Shown: positions 38,234 to 48,595 of the stretch, in pieces
How the letters are laid out: each line of letters starts with the position of its first letter
Position numbering within the stretch: the stretch's first letter is position 1
IMG/VR virus record: IMGVR_UViG_3300046011_004498
Span: 8,848-72,847 of that record
Strand: one strand, 5' to 3'
DNA: 64,000 nt
Origin: a virus
Position numbers and translations under genes: made by a program
Notes under the pieces: model-generated
What the model was told of the DNA's origin: nothing
Databases searched by the model: none
The model's input: only the letters and a program-made list of their open reading frames with translations

Positions 38234-38626
38234 TTATTCCTGAGGAGCAACATCAGCAGTAGCGACATCATCAACCGGAATGGTTTCAACAGTTTCGCTG
38301 TTTAGTTCAGACAGGTCCGATTCCGCACTAATAGTTTCGGTAGTGGGTTCAACAAGCTGTTCAGCGAGTTGAGTGCCACGAACGAACTCTTCTTCCGTAC
38401 AGCCATTAGGCGTCAGGCAGAAGACGTTCTCGACAACAAGATCAGTGAAATCAACTTCTTGGGCGTTGACCATAGAAGCTGCTCCTTGTTGGATCATATC
38501 CAGCACAGCAGCAGTGATGTTCAGATTGTTGAGCGACGAGATGGTGTTGAATCGCGTAACCAGTCGGCCTTGATCAATGACCGAGATGGAGGCCATGAAG
38601 AAGAATTTGGTAGTTTGATCAGTCAT
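38234..38626 (-). CDS. hypothetical acidic protein
   Basis: 130 aa, ATGA-coupled to the polymerase. Confidence 0.7.
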   Translation of the reverse strand: MTDQTTKFFFMASISVIDQGRLVTRFNTISSLNNLNITAAVLDMIQQGAASMVNAQEVDFTDLVVENVFCLTPNGCTEEEFVRGTQLAEQLVEPTTETISAESDLSELNSETVETIPVDDVATADVAPQE

Positions 38627-41253
38627 TTTTTCCGTTTTTCAATGCTGTCCATGACATAGTCATAGATGTCTTGGCCTTGATGGCCGTTGGGAATGCTAAT
38701 CTCTTCCTTCCAACTAGGGTAGAAGATAGAGAGTTCGCCACCGAGTTTTACTTCTTCGTGGAAGATTGTCTCATCTTCTTGCCATTGAACTGCTTTTACA
38801 AGATGTTCATTGGTATAAGACAAGACTGCTAGATCATCTTTAATAAGATAATACTGAGCATCGTGGATATGAGCACAAGGTCTAATGTCTAGTCGATGAG
38901 AACTATTACGTACTTGGCTCATAAATTCAGAACAAGCTCTGTTATTTAGAAGACACCAAGACTGGCCTAAAGCATTACCCGCAGAACGCCCCTCAGCAGC
39001 AGCTGAAGAAGGTGTACGTTTGTTACCAAACACAACCTGTTTAAGCTTAGGTGTACGTAGACGAAGGCCAAAGGCCAAAGTTACATACCCATCTTTAGAT
39101 GCTTGGATTAACTTATCGTTAACCCAGTCTATAGAGACTTTGTAAAGAGTCTGGAAAGAAGCTTCTAAAGATCTAGCCAACGGTTCATCAAAACCACAGT
39201 TGTTCATCAAGGTTGCATAAGTGCCTTGATAGGTAAGTGCAAAGGTTGGAGCTTTAGATTTACCTCTCCATGCAGGATACAAATCTTGAATTGAGTTGAT
39301 ACTTGCAACTGATGTTGGATCAATACCGATCATATGCTCAGTAAAATAAGCATAAGTTCTGAGTGAGTGACCATCATAACCATCTGTGTAGACCTTAATT
39401 TTATTAGGGTCTTTGGTGGTTAATGCAGAGATACGATCTTCTAGAGAAGCAAAGTCGAGTCCACAAAAAATCCAACCCGGAGGGGCTTGGAAAATGGACT
39501 TAATGATCTTCCCATACTTAGAGCCAGCAGGAAGATTCTGCATATTTGGATCAGAGCTAGATAAGCGACCAGAAATGGTGCCACCTAGCTTGAAGCTACC
39601 ACAGAGATAATGCCAACCATCTGGGCCAACCTCAGAGTCGAGGATGGCAGGCATGAAAGAGCTAATTACCTTAGAGAGTAGCTTAAACTCCCTGACCTCA
39701 TTGATAAGAGCAATGATGGTCTGATCACTGGTATGATTTACCAGTTTAGCTAGTGTCTTGGCTCCTGTAGCAGGGCCACCAGATTCAGTGGTGTCTAGAA
39801 CAGGGAAGTTCAAGAACGAATAGAATAGCTCAGCTAGTTGATCATCTGAGTTAGGATTAAACTTGGCTCTATCTTTAACGTCAGCAAGTGTCCGTTGTTG
39901 TTTTTTGAGCCGTGAATTCCATGAAATCAGATAACCATTATCGAGATATTCTTGGAAATCTTTGATAACTGGTGAATCAAAGATATTCTGTTGATGGAGA
40001 TTAAGAGCATCTCTAAGCTCTTTATCTACTTCTAGAGCACGCACCATATTCACCGGCATTCCGGTGAGTTGCATCTGGATGATGTCTATCTGTGATGGCT
40101 TGAAGATTTTCTCATAGAAATCTTCTTGCTTGTCAGCCAACATTATTGGCTTGTTCTTATTCAGAACATACCAAGTAGAGAAAGTATCTACGAGGTTATA
40201 AGTAAGAAGCTTATCGAGAGGGATACGAGTGATATCCTTAATCTCTTCAATAGCATAGTTGCCACTATACTCTTGAGAGTTAGGCTTCAAGCCAAGCTTG
40301 TTTCCTGCTGTGGAATTGGTTGCCAGATAGGTGATCAACTGGGTGCAATCCCAGTGGGTCAATATGACATCCAGACCATCGAGTAGACCTGCTGTGTCTA
40401 GGATGTCATCCATGAACAGAGCAGAAATTAGTACAGACACATCATAAGATATGTTGTGCCAGATAAGCTTACGCCCTTGTTTCTTCATAGCAATGAAGAG
40501 AGACTTCAGGGCTGCCCTAACAGCATGGTTTGTTTTTCTACGACCAAACCTAATACCGTTATCTACATCAATCTGCTCGGTACATTCTTCATAGTCTACA
40601 GGAAAGGCTACACCTTTGCCTTGCTCCCAAGCAAAAGCTATGGTTCCGATACCTGCACGGTGAACTTTGAGACTGAAAGTCTCAGTGTCAGCCGTTAGAT
40701 CACAGGTCATCTCATCTCTGAGTTTCCTGATCCATTCGATAATTTCACCACCCTTAGGGTAATGAGCTTCAAGGAAAATGGTGTCACCCGGAGGCACATA
40801 AGCACCCTCTGAGTGAGCCTTAACAGCTGCAACAGCCTGTTTGATCTTCCTCTCAACCTGCTCAGGGTCGTAATATTTCATGGCGTAGTTGGGGATAGAG
40901 ACCACCATGAAGTCGCCATAGGTAGAAGGGAGGACATAGCCCTCCCAACCTTCAGCTTTAGCTTTGCCTGTCAGTTCTTTGAATGTAGCTGTATCGGCTA
41001 CCAACACATATTGTGTCTGTTGACCAACAAGAACAGGTACAACCTCATCAATGAGATACTGACGCATCTCACTGACAGGTACTTTCTTGTTTTTACCCGG
41101 AGCTCTTAAGACTGAAAGACCCATTGTATGCTGGGCGGGTAAACCACCTTCATCACAATAGACTTTGACCATATCTGTCTTGCGAACATCAGGAACCATC
41201 ACAACGATGGGGGCAGAGCCCGGTTGTTGGCTCGCAAGATAGCTATGTTTCAT
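38623..41253 (-). CDS. polA: family A DNA polymerase with 3'-5' exonuclease (N4 gp39-like)
   Basis: DTET, HNISYD, YNLVD exonuclease motifs; SGRLSSSDPNMQN, DFASLEDR, RGKSKAPTFALTY, HIHDA. Confidence 0.95.
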   Translation of the reverse strand: MKHSYLASQQPGSAPIVVMVPDVRKTDMVKVYCDEGGLPAQHTMGLSVLRAPGKNKKVPVSEMRQYLIDEVVPVLVGQQTQYVLVADTATFKELTGKAKAEGWEGYVLPSTYGDFMVVSIPNYAMKYYDPEQVERKIKQAVAAVKAHSEGAYVPPGDTIFLEAHYPKGGEIIEWIRKLRDEMTCDLTADTETFSLKVHRAGIGTIAFAWEQGKGVAFPVDYEECTEQIDVDNGIRFGRRKTNHAVRAALKSLFIAMKKQGRKLIWHNISYDVSVLISALFMDDILDTAGLLDGLDVILTHWDCTQLITYLATNSTAGNKLGLKPNSQEYSGNYAIEEIKDITRIPLDKLLTYNLVDTFSTWYVLNKNKPIMLADKQEDFYEKIFKPSQIDIIQMQLTGMPVNMVRALEVDKELRDALNLHQQNIFDSPVIKDFQEYLDNGYLISWNSRLKKQQRTLADVKDRAKFNPNSDDQLAELFYSFLNFPVLDTTESGGPATGAKTLAKLVNHTSDQTIIALINEVREFKLLSKVISSFMPAILDSEVGPDGWHYLCGSFKLGGTISGRLSSSDPNMQNLPAGSKYGKIIKSIFQAPPGWIFCGLDFASLEDRISALTTKDPNKIKVYTDGYDGHSLRTYAYFTEHMIGIDPTSVASINSIQDLYPAWRGKSKAPTFALTYQGTYATLMNNCGFDEPLARSLEASFQTLYKVSIDWVNDKLIQASKDGYVTLAFGLRLRTPKLKQVVFGNKRTPSSAAAEGRSAGNALGQSWCLLNNRACSEFMSQVRNSSHRLDIRPCAHIHDAQYYLIKDDLAVLSYTNEHLVKAVQWQEDETIFHEEVKLGGELSIFYPSWKEEISIPNGHQGQDIYDYVMDSIEKRKK

Positions 41254-41780
41254 GACATAAACAGCCTAGCATCAAAGTAACCTTGAATCATTTCCAAATC
41301 CTTAAGGATACTGGCATGAACTCTAGGTTCCATAGTGGTGTATCTAAAAGCAGGTTCACGAATCCGCGTGAGATGACCCAAGCCTAGCTTGTTAGCCAGA
41401 CAGTCTGGTAGGCTGTCACGGATGTCTTGGTCTGTATGCATACCCCTGACAAGCTGCGTCAAGGTCTTTACTGCACGACCACTGTCACGCTGAAGCGTGG
41501 TGTAGTCAGAGTAAAGATTTGCAGCTCTTGTTTCATGTTCAGGAAGAACGTTGACTACGTTTAAGGCAACCATACCCCTAACTTGCTTAGGTCGATTTGG
41601 GTGAGCCCATGTGGTGTCTCGATAACGAACACCAACATTCATGATGTCATGAATTGGACCACCAGCAAGAGGTTGTAAGTGTAGTGCTAATAGAGAAATA
41701 GTAGCTTCTCTTAGGGCTTTTTTATCAGCCTCGAAGATAAAGCCCATTGCTTTATTAACAATGTCATTATCACTACTCAT
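41250..41780 (-). CDS. N4 gp38-like hypothetical protein
   Basis: QDIRDSLPDCL motif; between helicase and polymerase. Confidence 0.7.
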   Translation of the reverse strand: MSSDNDIVNKAMGFIFEADKKALREATISLLALHLQPLAGGPIHDIMNVGVRYRDTTWAHPNRPKQVRGMVALNVVNVLPEHETRAANLYSDYTTLQRDSGRAVKTLTQLVRGMHTDQDIRDSLPDCLANKLGLGHLTRIREPAFRYTTMEPRVHASILKDLEMIQGYFDARLFMS

Positions 41781-41790
41781 AATTATACCT

Positions 41791-43128
41791 TTAGAGTATT
41801 ACACCTCCATACTTTGAAGGTAAATTTCCATAGAGAATGATGCGATGACGAGCACGAGAGATAGCTACATAGAGCATTCTTGCTGTCATTACGGTGAAGT
41901 TACAGGAACCAATGTTGTTAAGATCAACTAAGACAAGGTCTTTGGTTGATCCCTGAGACTTGTGCACAGTGCAGGCGTCACGAGGACGGAAGTCTGCAAA
42001 GTGATCCTTCAAGTCATAATAAGGTTTCCAGTCTTGAAGCTTAGCTTTGGCTCTATCAGCACAATGTTTCAAAGCTTGCTTATGAAATTCCCGATCAATG
42101 ATGACAGGAACACTGAAGTCTGGGTGTCCAACAATCCTGACGTACTGGGTAGGAACATCCAGATCAGCAATTTTGAGCCATGAAATGAATGGATCAACAT
42201 CCAGAATTTCAATCATTTGTTCATTGCGGATACGAAACTTACCCCGCTCAAACAAATCATTAGAAATCATAACTTCTCCTGCCTCGAACAAGTGTCCTTG
42301 TCCTCGATAAGAGCGTAAGAAGTTATTGTAATAGTTTACTCTCTGATTAGAGAAAGCAACAATTAGATTGTTTCCATTGGCTTTGCCAAAAATACTCTTT
42401 AAAACAGACTCAAGATCACTATCTTCAATATGATCTACCTCACCGGGAGTGAGAGGAATCATAGGCCAGATGTGTTCACTAATGAGACCATCAGCTTCTT
42501 GAACTGCACCAGCTACGTTATCTCTGAGTAACTGACAGAGCCCCTGAAGAGCTTTAGAGCCTGAGTTACGAACAGGAATAGTGAGCTCAGAAGTACGTAC
42601 CTTGAGCTCAGCAATAGGAGACTTGGAAGAGTCTACTGGGTCCAACTGTTTATCGTCTCCGATGAAGACGATCTTACAGTGCTGGGTAGCCATACGAAGC
42701 TCATCCAAAAGTTTGGAATCCATCATGTAAGATTCGTCAATAAAGACGAGATACTTTTCATGAATAGTCCAAGTAGCGGTTCTTCTTAGCTCTTGTTTAC
42801 CTGTACTGTAGTTAGGTTTTACAGTAAGGGAGAGCCAAGAATGCAAAGTCATTACATCAAGGCCAGTGGCATCTTGTAATGCTTGAGCTGCTTTATTGGT
42901 TAAGGCAGTGAGAGTGTAGTTGCAGTAATCAGGTTCAAGACCAAGAACTCTACAGTTTTCTTGGTAAGTCTTAAGAGAAGATGTGATTAGACGTTGGACT
43001 AACCAAGACTTTCCAGTCCCGCCCGGTCCAATCAGTCTCATTTCCTTTTCGGTGGGATCAAGTAGGAAATCCACGAACTCTTCTTCAGCCTTGACCTGAT
43101 CAGCATTAGGAGTGGCTGTTGGGTTCAT
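41791..43128 (-). CDS. SF1 (Dda/RecD-like) DNA helicase (N4 gp37-like)
   Basis: GPGGTGKS, FIDES, GDDKQL, TVHKSQGST, LYVAISRAR. Confidence 0.93.
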   Translation of the reverse strand: MNPTATPNADQVKAEEEFVDFLLDPTEKEMRLIGPGGTGKSWLVQRLITSSLKTYQENCRVLGLEPDYCNYTLTALTNKAAQALQDATGLDVMTLHSWLSLTVKPNYSTGKQELRRTATWTIHEKYLVFIDESYMMDSKLLDELRMATQHCKIVFIGDDKQLDPVDSSKSPIAELKVRTSELTIPVRNSGSKALQGLCQLLRDNVAGAVQEADGLISEHIWPMIPLTPGEVDHIEDSDLESVLKSIFGKANGNNLIVAFSNQRVNYYNNFLRSYRGQGHLFEAGEVMISNDLFERGKFRIRNEQMIEILDVDPFISWLKIADLDVPTQYVRIVGHPDFSVPVIIDREFHKQALKHCADRAKAKLQDWKPYYDLKDHFADFRPRDACTVHKSQGSTKDLVLVDLNNIGSCNFTVMTARMLYVAISRARHRIILYGNLPSKYGGVIL

Positions 43129-43135
43129 TGGTTCC

Positions 43136-43744
43136 TCAGATAAAAGGAGTAAGGTCAGGTGGTGTATAGTCTGGTCCCTTAACCCACTTAGCAGTCACAG
43201 GAGCCTTCTCCATGACGCCATTAGTGAGTTTGGAGTAGTTGGATCGATTGACCTCATGGAGACCACCTACAGGGTCCATGCCGTGCAAGACAGCAGACAA
43301 GGTAGCAGTGACGAGTTGATCACAGATACTGTCGAGGAAGTTGAGACGGTCAGTGATAATCACTAGACCGGGTTCTTTAATTTTCAAATGATCAGCTAGG
43401 TCTTTCAAAGCATCTTCTGCATTGTTAAGTAGATACTGAGTGTCTGGGGTACACCCTTTGAGCGTCTCAATCATCTCAGACACTTCTTCAAAATGAACAC
43501 CCAGTTGAGTTTGCTGATTCTTGGGGCTGATACCATCAGCATAAGCAATTCTACCAAAATCAGCAGTATCAGCTAGGACATTACGCTCTTCGGTTTGAGA
43601 TAAAACAGCTTGAATACTACAAACGAGATTTTCGTTAACTTCAGCTTTTGCCCTTGCTTCAGGAGTATTCTTAGCTCGATGGTTCTGCGCGTACATAGCA
43701 AACTGATCCCGGCAGGTAATCAGCATATCTCGTTGTGTGGTCAT
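43136..43744 (-). CDS. MazG-like NTP pyrophosphohydrolase with an extra N-terminal helical segment
   Basis: HFEEVSE, LDSICDQLVT, EVNRSNYSK, KGPDYTPPDL. Confidence 0.8.
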   Translation of the reverse strand: MTTQRDMLITCRDQFAMYAQNHRAKNTPEARAKAEVNENLVCSIQAVLSQTEERNVLADTADFGRIAYADGISPKNQQTQLGVHFEEVSEMIETLKGCTPDTQYLLNNAEDALKDLADHLKIKEPGLVIITDRLNFLDSICDQLVTATLSAVLHGMDPVGGLHEVNRSNYSKLTNGVMEKAPVTAKWVKGPDYTPPDLTPFI

Positions 43745-44066
43745 TAATTTCTTCTTTGTTGTGAAGTGCGATGATCGCATCCACAACTAGCTGTCTAATA
43801 GGATAGTCAACAGAAACTTGTGTACGGACCCACGCAAAGATTTCGGGGGATAAGCTCGACAAAACAAAGTCCATAAAGGCTCTTCGTGTATCGGCAGGTG
43901 GTATATCTAGCTGTCTTAATCGTTGAGCAATTGAGCTAGGTGCAACATCATATTTGTATGCAATGGCACCTAGAGACATGCCCATAGCATTATCTAGTAA
44001 AACCTCCTTGGTGGGGGCCTTTCTACCGGGATGGTGCTTTGGTTCGTTGGTCACTTGACGAGCCAT
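43671..44066 (-). CDS. HTH DNA-binding protein
   Basis: GMSLGAIAYKYDVAPSSIAQRL, PPADTRRAFM; follows rIIB as in N4-like phages. Confidence 0.7.
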   Translation of the reverse strand: MARQVTNEPKHHPGRKAPTKEVLLDNAMGMSLGAIAYKYDVAPSSIAQRLRQLDIPPADTRRAFMDFVLSSLSPEIFAWVRTQVSVDYPIRQLVVDAIIALHNKEEINDHTTRYADYLPGSVCYVRAEPSS

Positions 44067-44067
44067 T

Positions 44068-44106
44068 CAAAAGAAAAGACCGACCACCCTTACGGATGAT
44101 CGGTCT
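44068..44106 (-). terminator. intrinsic terminator after rIIB
   Basis: Minus strand: AGACCGATCATCC-gtaa-GGGTGGTCGGTCT then TTTCTTTT. Confidence 0.85.
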
Positions 44107-44122
44107 ATTTCTCAAGCTGTTG

Positions 44123-45928
44123 TTAGTCTAACAGCTTTTTGAGTTCGGCTTCGACATTGTATTTACCAAGGCCGAGAGCTCCCCAGCTGACCTTTGCCTT
44201 GGACTTGAAAGTCCTCAGTTCTAGGGCAACTTGCTTACGATGGTTCCCAGTGAGCTTGCTGTCAGTCAGCTTATCCCACATGGCCCGAGCACGGTCCTGA
44301 CGGGTTCCGCCAGTAGGCTGAGGAGCAGTCTTGGCCGGTTCGGGCTTCTTAGCTTGGGGCTTAGAAGGGACCGGGGCAGACTTCTTCGGTTCAACCACTG
44401 GTGCAGTGATGATCTCTTCGATCTCACTAGCAGTCTCACGAGGCAGTTGAAGAGCCTCATAAGGGATTTTGCACCGCTTCTTGTGAGCTTTAAGCTCAGT
44501 TGCAGCAGCACGACGATCAGCATCTGTATTCTTTTTGTCAGACATACGTCCATAAAGTTGAACGGCTACCTGAACACGAACAGAAGCTTTTGGTTCAGCT
44601 GCTTTAGCCACAGCTGCGGTAGGCTGAACCTTGAAAGACTTGTCCCTAACTTTCTGCGGAGTTAGGCCAGCCTTATTACCCTGCGACTCATCATCGATAG
44701 TTCTGGTGGGTACAACAGGGTTTGTTGGTGCAATCGCCTTACCACCAGCAATTGCTTGAGCTTCTTCCAGAGAAATATCTGTTTTAAGGCTCTTACCATT
44801 GATGGTGTAAGTAAGTTTATCACCATTAGCACCACCAATGTTGACAACACCGAGTGGAGCAGGACGAGCTCCTGCAAGGATTTGAGAGACGATATCCATC
44901 GTTTCTTTACAATCATCCATTCGTTGTTGCTTGTTAACCAGTTCATGAGCCTTATTAGAAAGGTCTGCAAGAATCAGGTAACTGCACACTCTGGCTTTGC
45001 TATCATTTGGGGGAACAGCAATAGCGTGTTCTGGTTGAACCAGAACCAACATAGTACCAGAGCCCTCTGCCGTAGCATGGAATCCGCCCATGTAGTGACG
45101 GCTACCAATATGGAGCCCTTGAGAACAAGCATATCGCTTGCTTGGGTCAACCAGCTTTTCATCCATCTGGACGACATCACCGATGCGTTGATGGACTTTA
45201 CGGGTATGAGGGTCAACATAAACGCCTTTTCCTTGGTGGATAAGACGTTTGTAAGCCATGAATGAACCATCAGGCAAAATCGAAAGATCGATTTTCTTGA
45301 TGAAATCCATCAACTCTTTAGCTGTATGACCGCGTTTTGCAGACATAGCAGCCAATCGTTTGATAAGATTGTCTGGTCCTTCGGCTGGAGCCTTACCTTC
45401 ATCACCTGCCTTGTACTGATCAGACAGGTTTTCAACACCAGGAACAACGCCATCAGAAGTAACAGCGATGATGGTCTCATGTTCCGTCATTGGTTCTTCA
45501 GAGTGAACCAACTTCACCGGAAGATCAGACGTAGGATCAATGCTGTTTTTTGCAGAACCAAAAAGCTTGGCTGCTACATCACGAACTTTCTTAGCTGCTG
45601 CTTCATGTGAAGCTTCAGTAAGAGCTTGCTCGTGTTCTTTGGTATCATGACCAAAGAGCTTCTCAACGTCAGACTTCAATGCCCGGAAGAATCGGATAAG
45701 AGGACTGCGTTTCTTATCTGTGAGATATGTGACGCTCATGTTCTCAGTGCCGATTGTAAGATCGACAACATCTTTGCCTAGTTTTTTCTGAGCAAAGAAC
45801 TGATCAGACATGGTTACCCCACGGGGATCACCTTGTGTGACAGTGAAAACAGAACCGTCAATCTTGTAGAAGGTCAGGATGCCGTTATCGACAACCAGAG
45901 CAACTACTTGAATGACTTTATCGGTCAT
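44123..45928 (-). CDS. rIIB: rIIB-like protein
   Basis: LSILPDGSFMAYK, VQMDEKLVD, CSQGLHIG, KARVCSY. Confidence 0.88.
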   Translation of the reverse strand: MTDKVIQVVALVVDNGILTFYKIDGSVFTVTQGDPRGVTMSDQFFAQKKLGKDVVDLTIGTENMSVTYLTDKKRSPLIRFFRALKSDVEKLFGHDTKEHEQALTEASHEAAAKKVRDVAAKLFGSAKNSIDPTSDLPVKLVHSEEPMTEHETIIAVTSDGVVPGVENLSDQYKAGDEGKAPAEGPDNLIKRLAAMSAKRGHTAKELMDFIKKIDLSILPDGSFMAYKRLIHQGKGVYVDPHTRKVHQRIGDVVQMDEKLVDPSKRYACSQGLHIGSRHYMGGFHATAEGSGTMLVLVQPEHAIAVPPNDSKARVCSYLILADLSNKAHELVNKQQRMDDCKETMDIVSQILAGARPAPLGVVNIGGANGDKLTYTINGKSLKTDISLEEAQAIAGGKAIAPTNPVVPTRTIDDESQGNKAGLTPQKVRDKSFKVQPTAAVAKAAEPKASVRVQVAVQLYGRMSDKKNTDADRRAAATELKAHKKRCKIPYEALQLPRETASEIEEIITAPVVEPKKSAPVPSKPQAKKPEPAKTAPQPTGGTRQDRARAMWDKLTDSKLTGNHRKQVALELRTFKSKAKVSWGALGLGKYNVEAELKKLLD

Positions 45929-48477
45929 TTTGGTCCTTTCAGTATGGTCTTGAGGATAGAACGAGCTATGGCTCGTTGAGAGGAGGGTTTCCTCGAATAA
46001 GCTACATCCAATGCTCGATGAACATCACAGAAATGAGATTCAGAATAAGAACTGAACATTTCATAGTAATGTTGAGCAGGAGTGCAGCATGAAGAGAAGA
46101 AGTTTTTCCTCTCATTCATGTATTGGCGTAGTTTTGGGAATACAGTGGAAAAGTCAAAAAGACCTGTGTAAATGGTTTCTTCTTCTTTACTAAGTACAGG
46201 AGGAAGTCTGTTGAACAAGTACAAGGTAAGATACTTGTCTTGTTTGGCTCTTCTTAGAAAGAATGATTCTCTATAGAAAAGTTTCTCATAGATATCTTGT
46301 CTCCTGAAAAACCATTGAGCTACCTCAAGAATTGCTTCTTCAGCATTTCTTCTACCTTCTTTGATAACTCTTTGAATTTCTGACTTAGTAGAAACACAAA
46401 CAATATCTGTGCCAATAAACTTAGCTAATTTGAAGAAATCACGATGAGTTCTTAGATTATGCATAAGCTCTTTGGCTCTTGGTAGAATGATATACAGAGG
46501 TTCTCCTTTAAACTTAGGGTTTGCCAATATACCCTTAAGTTTTCTCTTAGAGAGTTTGATATCCTCAAAAGACCCTGTAGCTAACAAAAGCTCATTAAGT
46601 TTTGGAAGTTCAGCAGCACGAAGCAATGCACGTTCTGCTGCGACTCTTTCACGTTCCTCAAGCTGAGCTTTAGTTGGGTCCATGAGAACAAGAACATCAT
46701 AACCCCAAGATTCATACTCAGCTTTTAGCTTTTGAATCTCATGAGGTTTAATTGTTGCTTTAACCCGCACACAACGAGCACCAACAATACGAGCATAAGA
46801 ATGCATAAATATGTTTGTATTGTTAGTAGGATCATCAGAGAATTTTTCTGAAAATCTTTCAATCATGTTTGCTAAAGTAGTGGAAATGATCACTGTTTTA
46901 GAGACAAATAAAGTTTCTCTAAGATAATTTATACTATCAAACAAATGTTCTTTTCTAGTAAAAAGATCTTTGAGCTCTTTAACTTCTAAGAAATACCTAG
47001 AAGTAGTAGAATTACTATTTATATATCTAAAATCTTCTGACTTAGTTATATAAACATCTACAATATTGGGGTTAAAGTCAGCTTCTGCTCGCCAACGCAT
47101 GACTTCTTCATAAGCATTTCTGCTTGATTCTTTAATGAAGTTTCTTGAATATGCCCAACGAGAAGAACGTCTTTCATACCAAAGTCGGAGTAATTTATCT
47201 TGATGAAGATAAGTATACTTCTTTAAGCTATCTATAAACTTAGTTTTGATAACAGCTTCAATGTCTTCTCTGAAATCTTTACCGCTAATCTTAGCAGTTT
47301 CTAGATATGGTGTTTGTTTTTCAAACCATCTTTCCATATTAGTGCAGAGAAGAAAGTTATAACTAGGTGAAAGACCTGGAATTTTCAGATATTTATTGTG
47401 GAAAGATCTGAAATGTTTATGAAGTTCCAGTTCATGAGACCACATATCGTGGTTAAAGGAAGATAACTTAGCTACAAAATCTGGGTATTTCTCCGCAGTT
47501 AAGTCTGAATGAGTGTCTAAGTTTGTCTCAAGAACAGTGAGAACCTTCTTCATCAGCTCCCGAATGCTTTTTGAAGTACGATCAGTATATTGAAGACTCT
47601 CACGAGACAGAGTTGGAATAATACTGTCGGGTTCAGCCAAGAAAAGAATGGGAGCTCCACCCATATTGGTGGTATTGGTGAGATAATTCAGCATCTCCCA
47701 AGCATCACTAAACTCTTCTTGTTCTTCAATAGGATAGATTACATCTCCTTGTCGAACATAGAATGGAGACTTCTGGATTACTGTTGCTGGGTGACCATCA
47801 GTAAGACGAACAAAACCAAATTGTTTAAGTTCGTTAATTTGAATGTAATTTACTAATATAGGATTGCCGTTAACAATAAGAGGAATACCCAACTCTTCAG
47901 AAAAGAGTCTGATGTATCTTTTAATTTCATGACACATCTTTTCAGGAAAAGGCACAGATACCTCTACACCTGAAGGCTCAGTTGAGGGGATCGTCATGAT
48001 CGGAGTGCAAGTAGGTTTGCCTTCCTTCTTAGGATCAGACTTGACGATAGAATAAGCTGTCATAGTGCCATCGATCCAGTTTCGAGCACTGAAGACATCA
48101 CAGACAGCCCAAGGAACCTTGGTTCCTACGCCAAAGCCACCAGTAGCAGCCTTATCTTGTCTCTTCGTAGACTTACCAAAGGTCATGTAAGTTTTAGCAA
48201 AGATAGCATTCGGAATACCCGTACCGTGATCTCGAACCACCAACAGGTTATCTGTGAGGGTGATATGGATAGGCTTATCAAGACAACCAGCTTTGGCATG
48301 ACCGTCTCGGGCATTACAGAGAAGCTCACGGACCAAGGCTAGAGCCTTGTTCGAGTAGATGCCGTGAGCAATCATCATCATGAATTCGGCATCAGTAGAG
48401 ACAGTAACTTCTTCGGCTTGTCCGTTGATACCAACAGCAGCGACTTGAGTTTCTTGGGAAGCGTGAGAAATTTCCAT
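45925..48477 (-). CDS. rIIA: rIIA-like protein (GHKL ATPase N-terminus)
   Basis: IYSNK..ALVRELLCNARD, VRDHGTGI, STK..TGGFGVGTK; start MEISHAS. Confidence 0.9.
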   Translation of the reverse strand: MEISHASQETQVAAVGINGQAEEVTVSTDAEFMMMIAHGIYSNKALALVRELLCNARDGHAKAGCLDKPIHITLTDNLLVVRDHGTGIPNAIFAKTYMTFGKSTKRQDKAATGGFGVGTKVPWAVCDVFSARNWIDGTMTAYSIVKSDPKKEGKPTCTPIMTIPSTEPSGVEVSVPFPEKMCHEIKRYIRLFSEELGIPLIVNGNPILVNYIQINELKQFGFVRLTDGHPATVIQKSPFYVRQGDVIYPIEEQEEFSDAWEMLNYLTNTTNMGGAPILFLAEPDSIIPTLSRESLQYTDRTSKSIRELMKKVLTVLETNLDTHSDLTAEKYPDFVAKLSSFNHDMWSHELELHKHFRSFHNKYLKIPGLSPSYNFLLCTNMERWFEKQTPYLETAKISGKDFREDIEAVIKTKFIDSLKKYTYLHQDKLLRLWYERRSSRWAYSRNFIKESSRNAYEEVMRWRAEADFNPNIVDVYITKSEDFRYINSNSTTSRYFLEVKELKDLFTRKEHLFDSINYLRETLFVSKTVIISTTLANMIERFSEKFSDDPTNNTNIFMHSYARIVGARCVRVKATIKPHEIQKLKAEYESWGYDVLVLMDPTKAQLEERERVAAERALLRAAELPKLNELLLATGSFEDIKLSKRKLKGILANPKFKGEPLYIILPRAKELMHNLRTHRDFFKLAKFIGTDIVCVSTKSEIQRVIKEGRRNAEEAILEVAQWFFRRQDIYEKLFYRESFFLRRAKQDKYLTLYLFNRLPPVLSKEEETIYTGLFDFSTVFPKLRQYMNERKNFFSSCCTPAQHYYEMFSSYSESHFCDVHRALDVAYSRKPSSQRAIARSILKTILKGPK

Positions 48478-48510
48478 AAGGGTCTTTCCGAATGAGGGAG
48501 AATAGTTCGG

Positions 48511-48547
48511 AAAAACAAAACCCCTCTTCAATTAAGAAGAGGGGTTC
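48511..48547 (-). terminator. intrinsic terminator
   Basis: AACCCCTCTTC-aattaa-GAAGAGGGGTT with minus-strand T run. Confidence 0.8.
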
Positions 48548-48595
48548 TTTGATTAATCGTCTTTGACAGGGGAACGCATAATATCCTCCTTTCAG

